From Nageia nagi (taxonomy: Eukaryota; Plantae; Pinophyta), in assembly GCA_050084985.1 (NCBI GenBank), contig JBITNC010000001.1:64666001-64730000 (forward strand): DNA of 64,000 bases. Direction: 5' to 3'. The position numbers and the translations under genes were made by a program. Below are positions 26,101 to 38,100 of this stretch, piece after piece (position 1 is the first letter of the stretch; every line of letters begins with the position of its first letter). The notes beneath the pieces were generated by a model, which saw only the letters and a list, made by a program, of their open reading frames with translations, was not told where the DNA came from and did no database searches.

Positions 26101-29100
26101 ACCTCTAGGGGAACTGTAGGGCATGGCTTAACTTCTTTCCCTACTATCCTGGCTAAGTGATACTTGAGGCGGTTTATGCCTCCACTCATATCAAAATTAC
26201 AAAAGAGGCATATCACACCTCCTTTGTGTTTTGATTTTCCAGGATTCACATATTTCCATGCAGCATCTTTCTTCCCTGGAGGTAATGTTGTGGGTATTGT
26301 TGGCTGCTCATGAGGTAGACTAGCCTCACTAGCCATGATCCTGCAGCTGCACAAGAAAAATAAAAAATAATAAGATACAAAAATTAAATTTAAATAAGAA
26401 AAAATAAAAATATAAAGCACATGCCACAAGCTAAAAAAAATGGCTTAAATCACAAATAAAAAATGGTACTTAAAATTTTTGGCACCCGTCCAAGTATTAA
26501 ATTTAGTCCCTTTACGGGGTTCCAAGGGGCAGCGCCCCTGGCGTGCCACCCCGTCACGAGACGGGGCTTCAAATTTTTTCGAAAGGGTACAAACGGGCGT
26601 TCGGGAAGAGATCTGGGCTAAAAATTACACTATTCCAATTCGTTTGTATCTTACCCCTAAACCCCTATTTTTACCTCGCGCAAATTAATTCCCTAAGTGT
26701 AATTTCCAAAGTTAAACTACTAATAATATTCGGCGAAAAAAAGAATATAGAAGGTAGAGAAATAAAATTACTTACCTCAAAATTTAGCACGGATAAAATT
26801 CGGTTGGTCTAGTTGCAAAATGCTTCTCTCCCTCTCTTTCGCCCTTCTTCTAACAACTGCACCGCCAAAATGACCAAAAAAGACTAGAAAAAGTAATAAA
26901 AGGCAGAAACTGGGCACTTTTTCTCAAACTGGGCACTTTTTCTCTTGCTGGTCGTGTCAGACGAGTTTTGGCGAGTCCGCGGCTAGAAACTCGCGAGTCT
27001 CGCCGGGACTCGGGACTCGCCAAGACTCGCCAAAACTCGCCGAGTCCGGCGAGTCCGAGCTGCCAAGACTCGGCCAGACAGACTCGGACTCGGGACTCGC
27101 GAGTTTTGGCGATTCCCGGCGAGTTTTGCTACTATGGTGTCAACACAAAAAAGTTTATGTAATATTGCAATTTTTGTCATATATTGCTATTAAGTAAATG
27201 TTGTGATAAATTGAACTAAGACATACATTTAATTCCAATATAATATGCAAAAAAAATACAATTTTTGTATACTAACCCCCCTTTTAAAAGAATTGTAGCA
27301 ATTAAAAAAAAATTGTAAGTAACATAGAGGATTAGTAAAAAAATAATTGCAACTTTGTTAACCATAATTTAAAAAGGACTAACACATAGCAAGTAATATG
27401 TTAGTAGCATAATGTAATAATCCATAAAATAACCAAAGAGAAGAAAATTTATACCTTCTCGTAGTTTTACCTCACCAATGGAGTGTAAGATTTGGAATGA
27501 AGAAGAGTTTCCACACCTAGGATGTGAAGAGGAGCCTCCAAGGAGCTCTGATACCAATTTGAAGGAACTAACAATAATAAGATAATTCCTAAACAACCAA
27601 GATCTCTTGAAAACTCACAATTACGTTTAACAAACTCACAAAGCAATCTCATAACAAAAGATGTAAGTGGTTCCTCCAACTAGGAGTACATCCATTAATT
27701 AGATCTTTACTTCAATTACAAATACAATTTTTACAATCTTCCTACACTTTTCTCCTAACCACTATCTTATAGCATAACTTTACTCCACAATTGGTGTATG
27801 ATCACAAAGAGGGAGCCTTCTATTTATAGGTCAAAATTCCTCTTTGGATCACTCTTTTATCCAATGTACAAAACATAACATGCACATCTTTTATCCAAAG
27901 GGCATGCTTATGACATGGAGTGTAGACAAGTTACATGATCATATTCACTTAAATACTTAAGGTATCAAATGATACCCTTAAGTATTAGTAAACTTATATG
28001 GAAGATTATTACATAACCTTTACAATAATGCATTATACATTCCAACATTCTTATCACTATTAGGATTGACATTCCACCTCTTGATGGTGAATATGACTCG
28101 TTTGTATTCAAATCTGACTTTCATCATGTTTACAGGGAGATTTTTCCACTGATGTTCAACTATTCATCCATAATGATGCTGTTGCGGCTTTGGCAAGTGG
28201 GACAGCCGGGAGACTCCATGGGTGTGTCCTCATTGCTGGTACTGGATCAATAGCATATGGTTTTACTGAAGATGGAAGAGAATCTAGAGCGTCAGGTGCA
28301 GGTCCTATTCTTGGTGACTGGGGGAGGTATATAAAGATTTATATTTTCTAGACTATGACTATAACATGGAATAGACGTGTCTTATATGTCAGGACTTAAA
28401 AGATATAGTGTTTGACCAAAATTATCTTACTGGGATTCTTTTTGAAAACCTGATATTTTATGGTTCTGCCTTTATGATGTGGTTTGCTCTGATATATAAT
28501 GAATATGGTTTGCGTATGTCTAACATGTCGAGAGCACTGGTATGTCTTGAGACTGTTATTTCCTTTGAAGTTCTGGGAACTCTTTATGTTGTTAGTATTG
28601 TGAGTGTTTTTACATTGGAGTACAATTGATCAACATTAATGAGTATAGTTTCTTTTTTTTTTTGGAACATGGTTCTGCAGCTTTTGTAAAAGTATTTGTA
28701 TAATTGTATTCAAAGAACACCACTTGTAACAGTTGGAAAAATGCGAATTGAAACAACACGTTTGACATTAGAACCCACTTATGGGCCAAGGGAAGTTTCA
28801 TTTAACATTCTTGAACTATGTAAGTGCCACTCCGTCAAAAGATTGGTATCTAAACATTTTAGGTCTAAAATTAACGTTACTGATTATAGGGAATCTGGTT
28901 ATCAGATGTATTCCAACAATGGAGACCAGCTGTTGTTTGACACTTTGTTTGGAAGGCGTTAACTTTGTAAGAGAAGCTTTCTTTTAACATGGTAACCAAT
29001 TTTATGATGGCATTCAAAGGATTTGTATGTCAAATCATTACTAGCCTGCCTCTGATTCTTTCTACTTGAGCAAGACATTGAACAGTAGTTCACGAATATG

Positions 29101-32100
29101 CGAAAATAACTTGTTTAGTACTATCACAAGTTTAAATCTTATAGTGTTGTTCATGATCCTTGACTTTAAGAAACCCTCATGAATTCTTTGGATCAAATGG
29201 TTTCCTCTTATAACGGTGGCTATTTATCCTTTAAAAACAATACTACTAACTTAACTTTCACAAAACAACATATCAAAAAGGAACATAATGCATAAACATC
29301 AGATTTTGTAACACAGTATAGAGCATCAATATCAGCCTTTATTCACATTTATTCAAAACAGAAGAAAAATTAGCTTCACACTAAAAACTAGCTAGTACTT
29401 CCTAAATTACCACAACACTGTCCTACTATGGAGGCTGGGAATGATTATCCAACTGCAAGTGCAAACAAAATATACGATGCATAACAATTGTAGATGACAG
29501 TTACAGTTGAATTCAGGAATGTTTTTTATTAGACTCCTTAGAATTCATGCCTTTTCCTGATAGAGTAGAAGTAAGAAATCAGGTTGGCAGCTACACAAGA
29601 TATGGCAGGGTTAAGAGAAGACTTGAAATTTGTAATCTTTCTCTTTCAGCAAAATTACAGTTCCATCAGTAATGCATGAAAATGAAAATCCTCCTAATTT
29701 TACATAGGTGAACCAAACCGTATGAAAGGAAGAAAGCTATCTGTTCCTTCTATTAGTCTTTTCACAGAAATTGCGCGTTAAACAGAGCGCACATATCCCA
29801 CAGCTTTGGAATCAAAACATATGTTGAAATTCAAATAGTGGACTTTCCACTGATAGCAGCAAGTAACCCATAAGTTTGCTCGAGATATAGGTTTGCACTC
29901 TTATAGGTATCTGGATCCATGCCTTATAGGTGCTGTTAATTTTGTATATCTAATGGTCAAACAATTCTCATGATAGTCTACCCAGGTCCACTTGGCTCTG
30001 GCAACTCATTTATGAGTATTTTCAGATCTCATATTAGCTCTTTTCAGTCAAGATGGGAAATATATATTTTTTTAGGTGCTTTTTGAATGGTGTTTACTAT
30101 TTTAATCATTTTCTATTGATAAGATAAATAAAAAACTTTCCTTTTTAAACTTTTCTAATCTCATGTTAACAATAAGATGCCAAATATGGTTAGAATGTAT
30201 CCATATGTACTTGATATGGCTTAGATATGAGCACTCATTTGACTATGCTTGGATACAGTTTCTGGGCTGTATCTGTCACAGTTTTATCTGTATCGATTGC
30301 ATACCTGGTTGCAGCAAGGTTGAGGAGTATTTGGTAACTATGGTCGTGACATATATTGTTTGTGCCATCATAGTTGAGAAAAGCGGACTCAGGTTCAACT
30401 CGGCAAAGCCCAGTCAGGCCTTGGACTTAGAAAAAAATAACTTGGCAAAACAAAATGAAAAAAAAAAGAAAAGATTTTTCATGCATATCAGTATCCTGTA
30501 ACACAATTACTCAACATCATACAAATAAAAAATTAACAATGTACTCATAAGAATATCATGAAGAGGAAAGAGCATATTCTTGTATTGCTTATAACATCAA
30601 GAACATAGAAGTTACAAAATGTGTCATGACTATGACATACAATGCCTCAAAATTTGGCAATTTCTTTGCCCCTTGACCTAGAATAAGCTCTAATTTCCCT
30701 TTGTGATGTGGATTCTTGTGTCTCTTCTTGTGGTTTTGCCTCTTCCTATGCGATTGCTTCTAATTCCTTGCCTATATTTTCAAATTCTTCCATGGAGAAA
30801 CAAGGCTCTTGTTGTTGCTACTCCTCTTGCGCATGTTCTATGATCCATTCAAATGATGGATCAATTTGATCTAGATCAATGGTCTTATGTTTCGATCCTG
30901 CAATTTGTTTATGGTGGAGGCAAAAGTTGTAATGAACTAACACAAAATCATTCAATTTTTCTTATGTGAGTTTGTTTCTCTTCTTGGAGTGATGCGCTAA
31001 AAAACACTCCAATTGCACTCACAACCCAAAGTGTTGCATGACTGGCATAAAATATTGATGACAAAGCATTGTAGGTTGAAAGTATATGCATCAAAGTTCT
31101 TCTTTCATAAATTTAGAAAAAACCAAGAAAAAAGGAAATCAACACTTCGCATGTAAAACTTTAAATTGAGAATATTTTCTAAAACAAAATAAATAATAAT
31201 AATAATGAAGTAAATGGAGTTAAAAAGGATATCTTCACATCTCTTATATGATTGCACCTCAAATTGTATCTTTGAATGGATTCTGCATCAACCACTATAT
31301 GGTCAATGCACTTTTGAAGGGCTACCATTACCTCATAGTCAGAATCAAAGGAATCCATAAAAAAGAATTTGGGGTTAAGGTAGTAGCCCGCTACATGAAG
31401 AGGACTATGGAGCTGAGATGCCATTGCTGATCAATACTATCCCAAATGGGTATGTATTTGGGCTTGGAATAGTTATAAAAAGAGGCAATTGCCTTTTTTG
31501 CCCTATCCATAGCCTCATATACATGTTCCATTGGTTATTTTTCTCCATCAACAAGTTGCCTCCTCCATGATAGTAGAGTTCCCATCCTTATGTTTGCTGA
31601 TTTATATTGTTCTACTTTCACAAATGCTAGAGGGTCCTACAATCTTTGGTGAATGCTTTGGATTCTTTTAGCAATAGGTAAGAGTTAGTGGTTAATCTCA
31701 GTAAAACTAATGTCTTAGCCTTCAATGTATCCAAGTTCATCTATGTCATATAGGGACAAAATTATTAAATAACCACCTCTTACACTTACTTGGGAGTGCT
31801 CTTATTTGGGCCTAGAATTTCGTTGAGGCTTGTGGCTCTGCCTAGGGTTTGTAGAAGATACGTGGCGGTCTCCACCCACAAGAGGTTGTGTGTCTAGCTC
31901 CACTTCCAAGAAACTTCGTCCAACCTCCAACTATTCCATACCCTAGTCACTTGGGTTACTCCTCAACAACCCCTCACACCTAAGGTATTACACTATTCTC
32001 AACACTTTCTTTAGATTATTAATGGAGTGATCCTCCCACCAGGTTATATCAACTTGCACCTTCCTCCTAGATTGAGGATATTTCTCAACCAGTTTTGAGT

Positions 32101-35100
32101 TTGTTTACATCAGTTGCAAATTGAAATGGACCACCACCATCTAGCTTGCAATATTTGAGTTTGGCACATGTGCTCACTAAAGTCCAAGTTGGAGGACCAC
32201 TTTATCTTTCAGTGTCTTATATATTACGAGATTTGGGGCCAATACCCCTACCTTTTCTAAGACTCACATAGCTCGATATCTACCTTCTTTCACTACCTAG
32301 ATCAATGGTGTGTGGCACTCTTCCTTTGTGAGGCTTTTCTTCTTCGAAAATGCCTCTTGTTTTCACACCACATCTGACAAGAATTTGTCGTATTACATTC
32401 TTCTTTTGAACCTCCTTAGATGAGGGGGCTTGTAAGAGATTGCAAAACAACCCTCCACCTTTGACACGATGCACAAGGTTATGCATATGAGGGGCCCACA
32501 TCCAGTTGAGGACTTGTTGGAACATGTCCTTCTTCAACGTTAACAAAGTTGACACAGGCACATATCATGGAATTCAGAGAGATTCCACCCCGTCACATAG
32601 TTATGTTTGTCTTGGTGCACTCTCTTTTCCTTATTTATGCACCAAGCTACATCTATGTGGCCACTCATTGCTACATTGTATTTCTCTTTGAATTATATGC
32701 ACATGTTTAGGGCTTGGCTCTTTACGTACTTATTCTTAGCTTAGTTTTCTTTTAGCTCGGCCATCTTGGGTCTTGTTGGCTTCGTTTTCAATACTGTACA
32801 TTCCAGTCCCATTGATCACTTTTTTTTTTGGTAAGGGTAAAAAGTTAAAGTAGGTTTTCAAAAAACAGGGCCCCAAAACTTGTATTTACAAAGATAGATA
32901 TTCAATATATGATTCATGAAAAATCTAGAACCGACAACTGTATAACAAATTGTCCTATTGATCACTTTTGGTCATCTGTGGACATTAATATATTTTCTTT
33001 TCTTTCACCAAAGGCTTTGATATTTGACAAACAAATTCAATATTAGAAAATAGAAAAATGATTTTAATAAATAAAAAATTAAAACAAAAAACTTAGTCTT
33101 ATACCTTGATGGCCTCATTCATGGTAATCTACAAGTTCTCCCCAAAAATAATATTATACACCCTCTTCCACTCATTGGAGTGTTTGTATTTGGCACCATC
33201 TCATCGCCAACAAACATTTTGTTTAATGCCTCCTGTGCATTAAAGAGACTCTACAAGTCACTCCAGGTTGCACTATCTTCCTTTAGTTAGTATAATACCT
33301 CATCACCTATAGGACCCATGTATGGTTGTATATGTATTTTGTGATGGTCTTTGCCTTCTGCACAACCTCCACCATCCCAAGCAATTTCCTAATGTATTCA
33401 AGTAGCAAATTGAGAGAATGAGCTACACATGGTGTCCAAACTAAGATGGGAATTCTCTCCTCCAATATCCTCCTTGCTGTCTCGTTGTTTGTGATGACTT
33501 TGGAGAATATTCTCAATTCCCACCTCTATAACCTCTCCCATCAATTGTGCAAACATATTGACATGCTTAACTTTGACAACTGCATCTATTGACTTGAGGA
33601 ACACAATTTCTCTTGAAGAAGCAACCAAAAAATTAATCAATGCCATGCTTCTACCATTAGTCCACCCATTGGACAAGAAAGTGCAACCTCTCTTCCTCCA
33701 TTCCCTATGTTGGTCATCAAGCAAAATTTGAATTTCTCAAAAAGGCTCTTTACATGTCCCCATTTTCAAAAGAGTTATCCGGTTGTGATTGCTACAACCT
33801 ATGATATTTGGGAATTCAAGTAGTATGTCCTTCATATTAAGTTTGCTGCATACTCACATCTTTGGAAAAGATACACTTCTCTTTATACACAAAGATGCCA
33901 ATGTTTCTAATTATATTTCTGGGATATACATATGCAATTGTCTTTTTCTCCATTGTTATGTCCTTTAGTTTTTTGAGATTGGGGCTTCAGTTTGGGACAA
34001 ACAACTTGGGCATTTATGTAAGGATCCCAAACACAACTCAAGTGCAAATCAACAAATTCGATTACAAAAATCCTAACGTTTGGTCTAGGGCATCAACATT
34101 AAGCATTCACAACACAATATTGCCAACGTCTGAGCTAGGGCATCCACTATAAGTTCATACAATACAAAGATGCCAATGTCTGGCCAAGACAAGCAAATAT
34201 TAATGATCAAACTCTCACAATGCCAACGTTTGGCTCATACATACATAAAATGGAAAAATACACCCCACGTTGCAATAATGGACACATGCACAAGATAATA
34301 TGAGATCCGAATGCCCACTGGCTGTATATATGATAAAGAATGAACAATGATACAATACCAAGCTCCCAAAGCTGGATGTTGGCCTCTAAGGAGCCAACTA
34401 GGGCAAGTCGTGTATCCTCAATGCTGGATGGACAAGTAGAACCATGGGACAACCTCTCTCCCTTAGAACTTGAATCCTCTCCACCGAAGGAGCCCTCCTA
34501 TGATCTTGGTGACCAACTGAATGGTAGAAGCTCAACCTCAAAATACCATCGGATGGGCAAGGGTGCTACACCAATGCTGTAGACAATCAGGATCCCTTAG
34601 CTTGATAGCCTTGCTAAATGCTGCACCTAGGGGATTGTTTAGCGCTGCTAAGTCTTGTTGTCCTCTAGACGATATGAAGTATAATAATAATCAGGTATAT
34701 CCAACAATGAGGCTCCAATTCCTCTTTATACACTCAACTCTGTCTGGATCTCACCTAGGAGTCTTCACTCGACTCCTTAATCCCAACGTTAGCCTCTTGA
34801 AGCCCTAGAATGCCCAACGTGGATGCCTAGGGGTCAGACATGCTAACGTGGGGGTCTAAAATGCCATAAATGCCAACGTGGGGGTCTAGGAGTGCCATGC
34901 ATGCCCAACGTGGGTCTAGGAGCCATGCGTGGGGTCTAGGTGTCATAATGGGCCAATGTGGGGGTTTATGAGTCTCCCCAAGGCTGGCACATGTATACAA
35001 GTGCTCATCCATCCACTTAAGTGTAAAACAGACCTTGGGATTCCCACAATCAAGATTGGAATCTCCAAGTATAATAAAACACCTAAGCTATGCTTGGAAG

Positions 35101-38100
35101 GGAGACGTCCCACTTGGGGCTCACAATGGGTTCCATTGACCCATTAAGTCTTCTATCCCAAGTTATTATGTGAAAGTACAATGCAATAATAAAATATATT
35201 ACAAGAGGAATCCGTTGGATTCCACAATTAATTACAATCATGCAAGGGGGACGTCACAATTTCTTTATTAGTTCAAGCTCTCTTTGAATGCGTGATTTGG
35301 TTGTAAAAGGATAGTTCCAGTCTGTTGTTCAGGCTCATTTTGTTTCCCAACCTTTATATCTCGTGTGCACTATCTTTCATCTTTGGAAATTGATTTTAAT
35401 GGGTGACATTGCACTGAGTAGAGAGAAATATCCATTTTATCTTTCTGCTCAAATGGTAGCTTTTAGGAGTGTTGTTAGGTAATGATGTTGCTGATACTTT
35501 GAGGCTTTCTTTCTTCAAGTAGTCAATGAATGCCTCCCTGACTCTTTGCTTGATAAGAAGCTGATGAAGAAAGAGCCCAGGTTGAATATTCAAAGATATC
35601 ATTTTTATTATGTAGATCACCCCTTCCCAGGAATGGGATGGTATTTACAAGGGCCCCTTGTTCATGCCCACCCAATTCTGTCAAACCTATGTTATCAAGT
35701 TCGTCGATTTTCAAGTAAAAAGTTCGAATTTACGTGAATTTGAAAGTCTCCCAAATAAAATTGCAAAATTTAATCTGAAATTCATCCATGCTCGCCAGCA
35801 AGCCCTAGACGAGCAGGAAAGGGGTGTAGAGGGGAAGATGCTTTGCTTGAGACTTCTAGGCATGTAATTGGCAGTTCCTTGTTCACCATAGTTCGACTTC
35901 GTTGGGGTTCCGTGTTGCTAAATCTTTGTCTTCAGCACTTCCTTAATCGTTGTCCATTGTTTTATTATTATAAAGTCCAATGTTTTATATTTATATTTTT
36001 ATATATTTAATTATAAATTATTATGTTTAATTTAATTTAATTATAAATTGTAATTGTAGAAGGTAAAACTAAGCATTATATAGTACATTTTAGTTTCTTT
36101 GCTATTAAACATAATGATATATCATATAAGTACATTTTTAACTTATCGAATTTTATGCCGAATATCATCCCAAATTTTATGACATACTGAATTTCATTCT
36201 AATTTCAAGCTTGCTGAGTTGGAATTCGAACTCGAACTCGATAACTCAAGTCATAACCAATTTCCCATGAGCATCATGAGATCGTTTTTCAATTCTTCCT
36301 AGGTGATTGATTATGACAGTAGATATGTCCATATGAATTAGATTTGGCTCTGTTAGAGTGGTGGGCCTGGTGGCACTGACAATGCATTTTCTATCTTAGC
36401 TACTTTGTCATTTTTTAGTGCCATTTTCAGGTCTTGGCTGCAAATTGCATCTAACAGTGCTTTTCGGTTTCTTTCCATCTTCCCTAGAGTTTGAAAACGC
36501 AAGTTGGAATTTCTACTTGGTTTTTTGCTTTTTTATAACATCTATAAGAAAGAGGGTTCTATACTTCTCAGTCACTTGAAACAGAATCTTGTATACACCT
36601 TACTGGAAAGAATATTGAATGAGCTGTTCCCAGCCTACCAAAAATAAGGCTCGAGGATTGCATATTGAGAATTGAGCTTGTAAATGTTGACCTTTTAACA
36701 GTTTATTAACTACTGAACAAGGACAAAACAAGCATCATGTTACTGAGTACTAAATAGCCTAACCTCATGTGAATTTCCTTGTGATCTGTCAGGAAAAATG
36801 AAATATGAGTAATGATTTTATATGCCTTATGAATTAGAAGACACAGTTTGTATGATCTTTGGGTAGCTCAGCTAATCAAGGATAGTGCTGTCTCAACATG
36901 TTGAGTTCATACATGTGCAAATATGACTAAAGGAGGGACACAGGCCTTCCATGTGTGCTGGTAAAGCTTTCCACCAGATGAAATTTAATCTAGTAGCTAT
37001 GATTCAGAAGATCTAGTACAAAACTAATTATCTATGACTATTCCAACATTAACTATGTATATGGAAGAATATGGTAAATCCACTTTCTATTATTTGCCTC
37101 TATTGCATCAGCATGTATGAAATTGCCATTTCTTATTCTAGTGAGTTATTGCATGAAGATTTGGGTTATACATTGCGTACAATATAACAGTTTTATGCAC
37201 AGCTGTACACATAATAGCTATTTGTTCTATTTACTATTGGACAAGGCGAGCAGAGACAAGGATTTCCTGGGTGGTAGGGATTGACAATGTGGGCTGGTGG
37301 TTGTCAAAACAACCAGTGGCGGGAAATTGGAATCATTAAAATTGATTTCATATAAAAAAGTACTTTAAAGGGAATTCATATAAAAAGGTTGATGAATAAG
37401 GGGGAATTTTCATTTATGTATTCATAGTTGTCATCGACAAAAGTTTTGGCTTGAAAAACTGTTATTTCATCAATTGTTGGTAGTAAGTATATCCTTCTGA
37501 AGGTATATTTTTTCTTTTGGTGTGACATGAATACTCTGTTAGCTTTCCTTGTGTTCAAAGTGGTCCCTAGTAGCTCTAGCTTATGACTTTGGTTAGAGGA
37601 GCATTTACAAATTTGAACTATGGCATTGTTTACGTTCAGTGGTTATGGCATCGCTGCTCAAGCTTTAACTGCAGTAATAAGGGCACATGATGGTCGTGGG
37701 CCTCCTACATCGCTTACTTCTGCTATTCTACAGAATCTAAAGTTGTCTACCCCTGATGAAGTGATTGGGTATGTGATATTCTTGCACTTTATTAATTTTA
37801 GAAGCAAAGTACTTGGAGTTATCATCCAATGTAGTTACCTGAAATCTGTGCACTTCATAATATTTTTCATTATTGCAGAACTATCTAAACTTTGTTCCCG
37901 TTTATCACATTCGTTTGCTTTTGATTTGAATTAGAATTTGTAACGTGATATATTAAGTAATTGCCTTTTTAGATTCTATGTCTATTTTTACCCTTCATTT
38001 TGATGTAATGGTTTACACTTTCAAATCCCACTGACTACAATGGTCATTAGAGGACATTAATAATTCTCTCTCTGCATAATAATATTCTGGGGTATATATT

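Larger units (their letters stand above)
15080..28047 (-). mobile_element. Full-length decayed Ty1/copia LTR retrotransposon with long 5' leader, hosting a nested hAT
   Basis: LTRs 15080-15539 and 27560-28047; 5-bp TSD TTCTT (15075-15079, 28048-28052); tRNA-Met PBS TGGTATCAGAGC (minus strand, 27545-27556); PPT AAGAAGGAG next to the 3' LTR; domain order gag-PR-INT-RT-RH. Confidence 0.95.
30369..35275 (-). mobile_element. Decayed, 5'-truncated hAT related to the 23182 element, interrupted by a LINE fragment and a solo LTR
   Basis: TIR-like CATAGTTGAG at 30369; ORF pieces [49 protein letters not shown] collinear with the intact hAT. Confidence 0.85.

Noticed and set aside
30162-30341. Small hAT-like MITE ending GGTAACTATG
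   Set aside because: No matching TSD and only a weak left TIR.
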